Positions 61,215-64,000 of a stretch of DNA of 64,000 bases are shown here, one piece after another. The stretch's first letter is position 1; every line of letters starts with the position of its first letter. Source of the DNA: Syntrophales bacterium (lineage in GTDB: Bacteria > Desulfobacterota > Syntrophia > Syntrophales > PHBD01); NCBI GenBank assembly GCA_963668175.1, contig OY764159.1:3968001-4032000 (forward strand), written 5' to 3'. The position numbers and the translations under genes were made by a program. The notes under the pieces were generated by a model. That model was not told the DNA's origin, did not search any database, and saw nothing but the letters and a program-made list of their open reading frames with translations.

Positions 61215-62540
61215 ATGCCAGTCTTTAGCCATTACGTTAAGAACAAATTCAAGAAACCGGCACCCCTGAAGGGCGTCCGGGTTCTTGAAGTATGCACGCT
61301 CCTGTTCGGACCGTCCGGTCCGTCATTTCTGGCCGAGATGGGGGCCGAAGTGATCAAGATCGAATTGCCGCCCATGGGCGACGTAACCCGCTCCCTGAAC
61401 CCGTTCGGATGGTTCTACAAGGAGCAGTCGCCGATGTTCATGCATATCAATCCGAACAAGTATTATATGGCCCTGGATCTCCATATCGACATCGGACAGC
61501 AGATATTCAAGGAACTGGCGGCCAAATCCGACATTATCGAATTCAACTTAAGACCAGGCGTCACCCGCCGCTGGAACATCGGCTACGAACAGATCAGGGA
61601 GGTGAATCCGGGCATCATCTACATCGAAAAGAACGGTTTCGGTCAGTGGGGTCTCTACGCCGAGCAGGACCGGCCCTCAAATGACGGAGCAGCCCAGGCC
61701 CTGGCCGGATATGCGTGGATGTCGAGTTTTCCGGGCCGCCCACCGCTGAAGCAGGCCATCTGGATCTGCGATTACTACGGCGGCCTCATGGGCGAAGTAG
61801 CCGTCCTAGCCGCTTTGCACCACCGCAAAAAGACCGGCAAAGGTCAGTTCATCGAAATGTCGCAGATAGAAAACATCATGAGAACGATGGGCTGGGTATG
61901 GCCTTATCAGCAATTCACCGGCAAAGGCGTCGATCCGGTGGGGAACCGCGACATGTGCATCTGCCCGGCCGATACGTTCCTCTGCAAAGACAATCTGCTT
62001 GTTGCCCTTGCCGCCCCGGCGCCCGACGAATTCAAGGGGCTGTGCATCGCCATGGGGAAGCCCGAACTGGCTGAAGACCCCCGTTTCAAGGAACATACCG
62101 TCCGCCTGAAGGACGAAAACGCCTTGGCCATCCTTTCAATCATCGCCGACTGGGCCAGGACGAAGACCGCGGAAGAAATCGAAAATCTCGGTAAAGTAAA
62201 CTGTTTTTCCGCCACAAGGCTCCACAACGCCAAGGACATGAACACCGATCCACACCGCCGTGAGCGCGATTTCGTCAAAGAGATCGACGATCCCATGTAC
62301 GGCTGTTATATGGAGCATGAATTTCCGGTCATGATGTCGAAAACGCCGCCGAAGATCAAATGGACGGTCCGGCCGGTGGGTTTCGACAACGACTACGTCA
62401 TGGTGAAAATCCTCGGAAGAAACCAGGCCCAGATCGACGAATTATACATGCACGGCGTTCTGGGGAGATGGAAAGACCAACAGGGACGGCGGCCGCCGTC
62501 GGACTGGGACCAGCAATCCGGTCTTATCATAAGGAGGTGA
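61215..62540 (+). CDS. Family III (CaiB/BaiF) CoA-transferase, subunit with catalytic Asp
   Basis: PLKGVRVLE, GAEVIKIE, GFGQWG and ICDYYGG. Start at MPVFS with GGAGG. Confidence 0.9.
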   Translation: MPVFSHYVKNKFKKPAPLKGVRVLEVCTLLFGPSGPSFLAEMGAEVIKIELPPMGDVTRSLNPFGWFYKEQSPMFMHINPNKYYMALDLHIDIGQQIFKELAAKSDIIEFNLRPGVTRRWNIGYEQIREVNPGIIYIEKNGFGQWGLYAEQDRPSNDGAAQALAGYAWMSSFPGRPPLKQAIWICDYYGGLMGEVAVLAALHHRKKTGKGQFIEMSQIENIMRTMGWVWPYQQFTGKGVDPVGNRDMCICPADTFLCKDNLLVALAAPAPDEFKGLCIAMGKPELAEDPRFKEHTVRLKDENALAILSIIADWARTKTAEEIENLGKVNCFSATRLHNAKDMNTDPHRRERDFVKEIDDPMYGCYMEHEFPVMMSKTPPKIKWTVRPVGFDNDYVMVKILGRNQAQIDELYMHGVLGRWKDQQGRRPPSDWDQQSGLIIRR

Positions 62541-62546
62541 TTCATT

Positions 62547-63896
62547 ATGGCAGACCATAAGAGACCCAAATGGGCGGACTGGGCGGACTATATCAGGGCG
62601 CAGGACGATCCGTTGAAGAACTTCGAGAAGCCCGAGGCGCTCGACGATCTCGTTGTCCTGGACTTGAGCTCGCGGAGCATGGCCGGATGCTATTGTTCAT
62701 CGCTCCTTGCGGAATTGGGTGCCTTGACGATCCGTATCGAACAGCCAGGGGGAGACCTTGTCAGGACGTATTCCCCCAACGGCTTCATGCACCGAGACAC
62801 CGGTATGGCCTATCTCCAGGAAGGCCGCAACAAATACCATATCACCCTGAACCTGGAAACCGAAGAAGGCAGGGACATCCTCAAGGCGCTGGTCGCCAAC
62901 GCCGACATCCTGATTGAAACCTACCCGGCGGGCAAGATGGATCAATGGGGCATCGGTTATGAAGCCTTAAGCGAAATCAACCCAAGACTCATTTTCACGT
63001 CGATAAGCGGCTACGGCCAATTCGGGCCGGAAAGCGGGCGCAACCAGTACGACTACGACAATGTCTCCCAGGCACGTTCAGGCGTTCAATATGCCACCGG
63101 CGAAGTCCTGCCGGAAGGGAAGACGCTGGCAGACATGCCCTATGCGACATCCACCAAGGCCGGACCATGGATCGCCTGGGCCACTTCCGGCACTTTCGGG
63201 GCCGTCGGCATCCTCGCTGCCGTCTATTACCGAGAACTGACCGGCGAAGGTCAGGCCATCGACATTGCCACACCGGAAGCCTACGAACGGCTCAACGATT
63301 ACATGCTTCACTGGTATGCCGACCAGGGCGTCGTCAACGAGCGCTTCGGCAACCTCGACACCTGCCTGTGGCTCTACGGATTCTATCCCACCAAAGACGG
63401 CGGCGTCTTCCTCGGGGGGCTGCGGCTGGAGATGTGGAAGGCCTTCGTGGACATCATCGGCAAATACGACGAATGGGGCGCCGACCAGTGGACATCGCTG
63501 GCGCCTTTCATGAAGAAAGACTGGCAGCTCAAATATCAATCCATGATCAACCCGGAAACGGAGAAATACACCAGTCACGAATTGACGGAAAAGTCCATCG
63601 AATACGCCAAAAGCGGGCGCCTGGCGCCGATCACGCCGGTAGTGGCCGAAATCGTCCCGCCCCAGAAAACCATGCAGGACGAGGTGTGGCGTGACCGCGG
63701 CATCTTCACCCCCGTCCAGGACCCGGTCTACGGTTCCGTGATATGCGCCCAGTCGCAGTGGAAATCGACAGAAACGCCCCCGCGGACCAAGTGGGTCTGC
63801 CGGCCGGTGGGATTCGACAACGGTTACATCTATCTGAAATACCTTGGCTTCGGCCCGGTGAAACAGAAGGAATTGGAAGAAAAGGGCATCATTTAA
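62547..63896 (+). CDS. Family III (CaiB/BaiF) CoA-transferase, subunit lacking catalytic Asp
   Basis: ALDDLVVLD, EGRNK, SGYGQFGP and GEGQAID. IAWATSG stands at the Asp position. Confidence 0.88.
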   Translation: MADHKRPKWADWADYIRAQDDPLKNFEKPEALDDLVVLDLSSRSMAGCYCSSLLAELGALTIRIEQPGGDLVRTYSPNGFMHRDTGMAYLQEGRNKYHITLNLETEEGRDILKALVANADILIETYPAGKMDQWGIGYEALSEINPRLIFTSISGYGQFGPESGRNQYDYDNVSQARSGVQYATGEVLPEGKTLADMPYATSTKAGPWIAWATSGTFGAVGILAAVYYRELTGEGQAIDIATPEAYERLNDYMLHWYADQGVVNERFGNLDTCLWLYGFYPTKDGGVFLGGLRLEMWKAFVDIIGKYDEWGADQWTSLAPFMKKDWQLKYQSMINPETEKYTSHELTEKSIEYAKSGRLAPITPVVAEIVPPQKTMQDEVWRDRGIFTPVQDPVYGSVICAQSQWKSTETPPRTKWVCRPVGFDNGYIYLKYLGFGPVKQKELEEKGII

Positions 63897-63900
63897 GGAG

Positions 63901-63936
63901 GCCTTTCGCAGGGAAACCGGTTTACCTGCGAAGGGC
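63901..63936 (+). other. Stem-loop right after the second CoA-transferase (no U-tract)
   Basis: GCCTTTCGCAGG-GAAACCGGTTTA-CCTGCGAAGGGC. Confidence 0.6.
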
Positions 63937-64000
63937 GGCACCATAGCACCAAGTGCGGCGAAAGCGAAGAAATAAGTCCCCGGCCCGGATGATGTCCGGG

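Overview
Chromosomal window of moderately GC-rich DNA, probably from an anaerobic deltaproteobacterium (Desulfobacterota, Syntrophales-like; inferred from gene content only). (1) 1-38.7 kb: a large flagellar and chemotaxis cluster with flhG(partial)-flhF-flhAB-fliRQPONML-flgED-fliK, fliJIHGFE-flgCB, a sigma54 two-component system, a SPOR-TPR protein, PilZ-motAB, a che cluster and a FleQ-like activator. Six sigma54 -24/-12 motifs are readable. (2) 39-47.7 kb: a DUF2231-cytochrome c fusion, tRNA-Pro(TGG) and a housekeeping run ispG-proS-rel-amidase-rph-rdgB. rel is frameshifted and rdgB appears to start at CTG. (3) 48-57.5 kb: a TIGR03790-like protein converging on a ten-gene type II fatty-acid-synthase-like operon (fabD, acyl-CoA dehydrogenase, fabH, fabA, fabG, fabZ, KS, atypical ACP, acyltransferase, PPTase). 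It has no recognisable enoyl reductase and is my best candidate for an undescribed system. (4) 58-64 kb: a PAS-LuxR regulator, a 3-hydroxyacyl-CoA dehydrogenase with extreme codon skew, and a family III CoA-transferase pair in which only one subunit keeps the catalytic Asp. No IS, integrase, CRISPR array or rRNA was seen. All calls come from motif recognition by eye; no searches were run.
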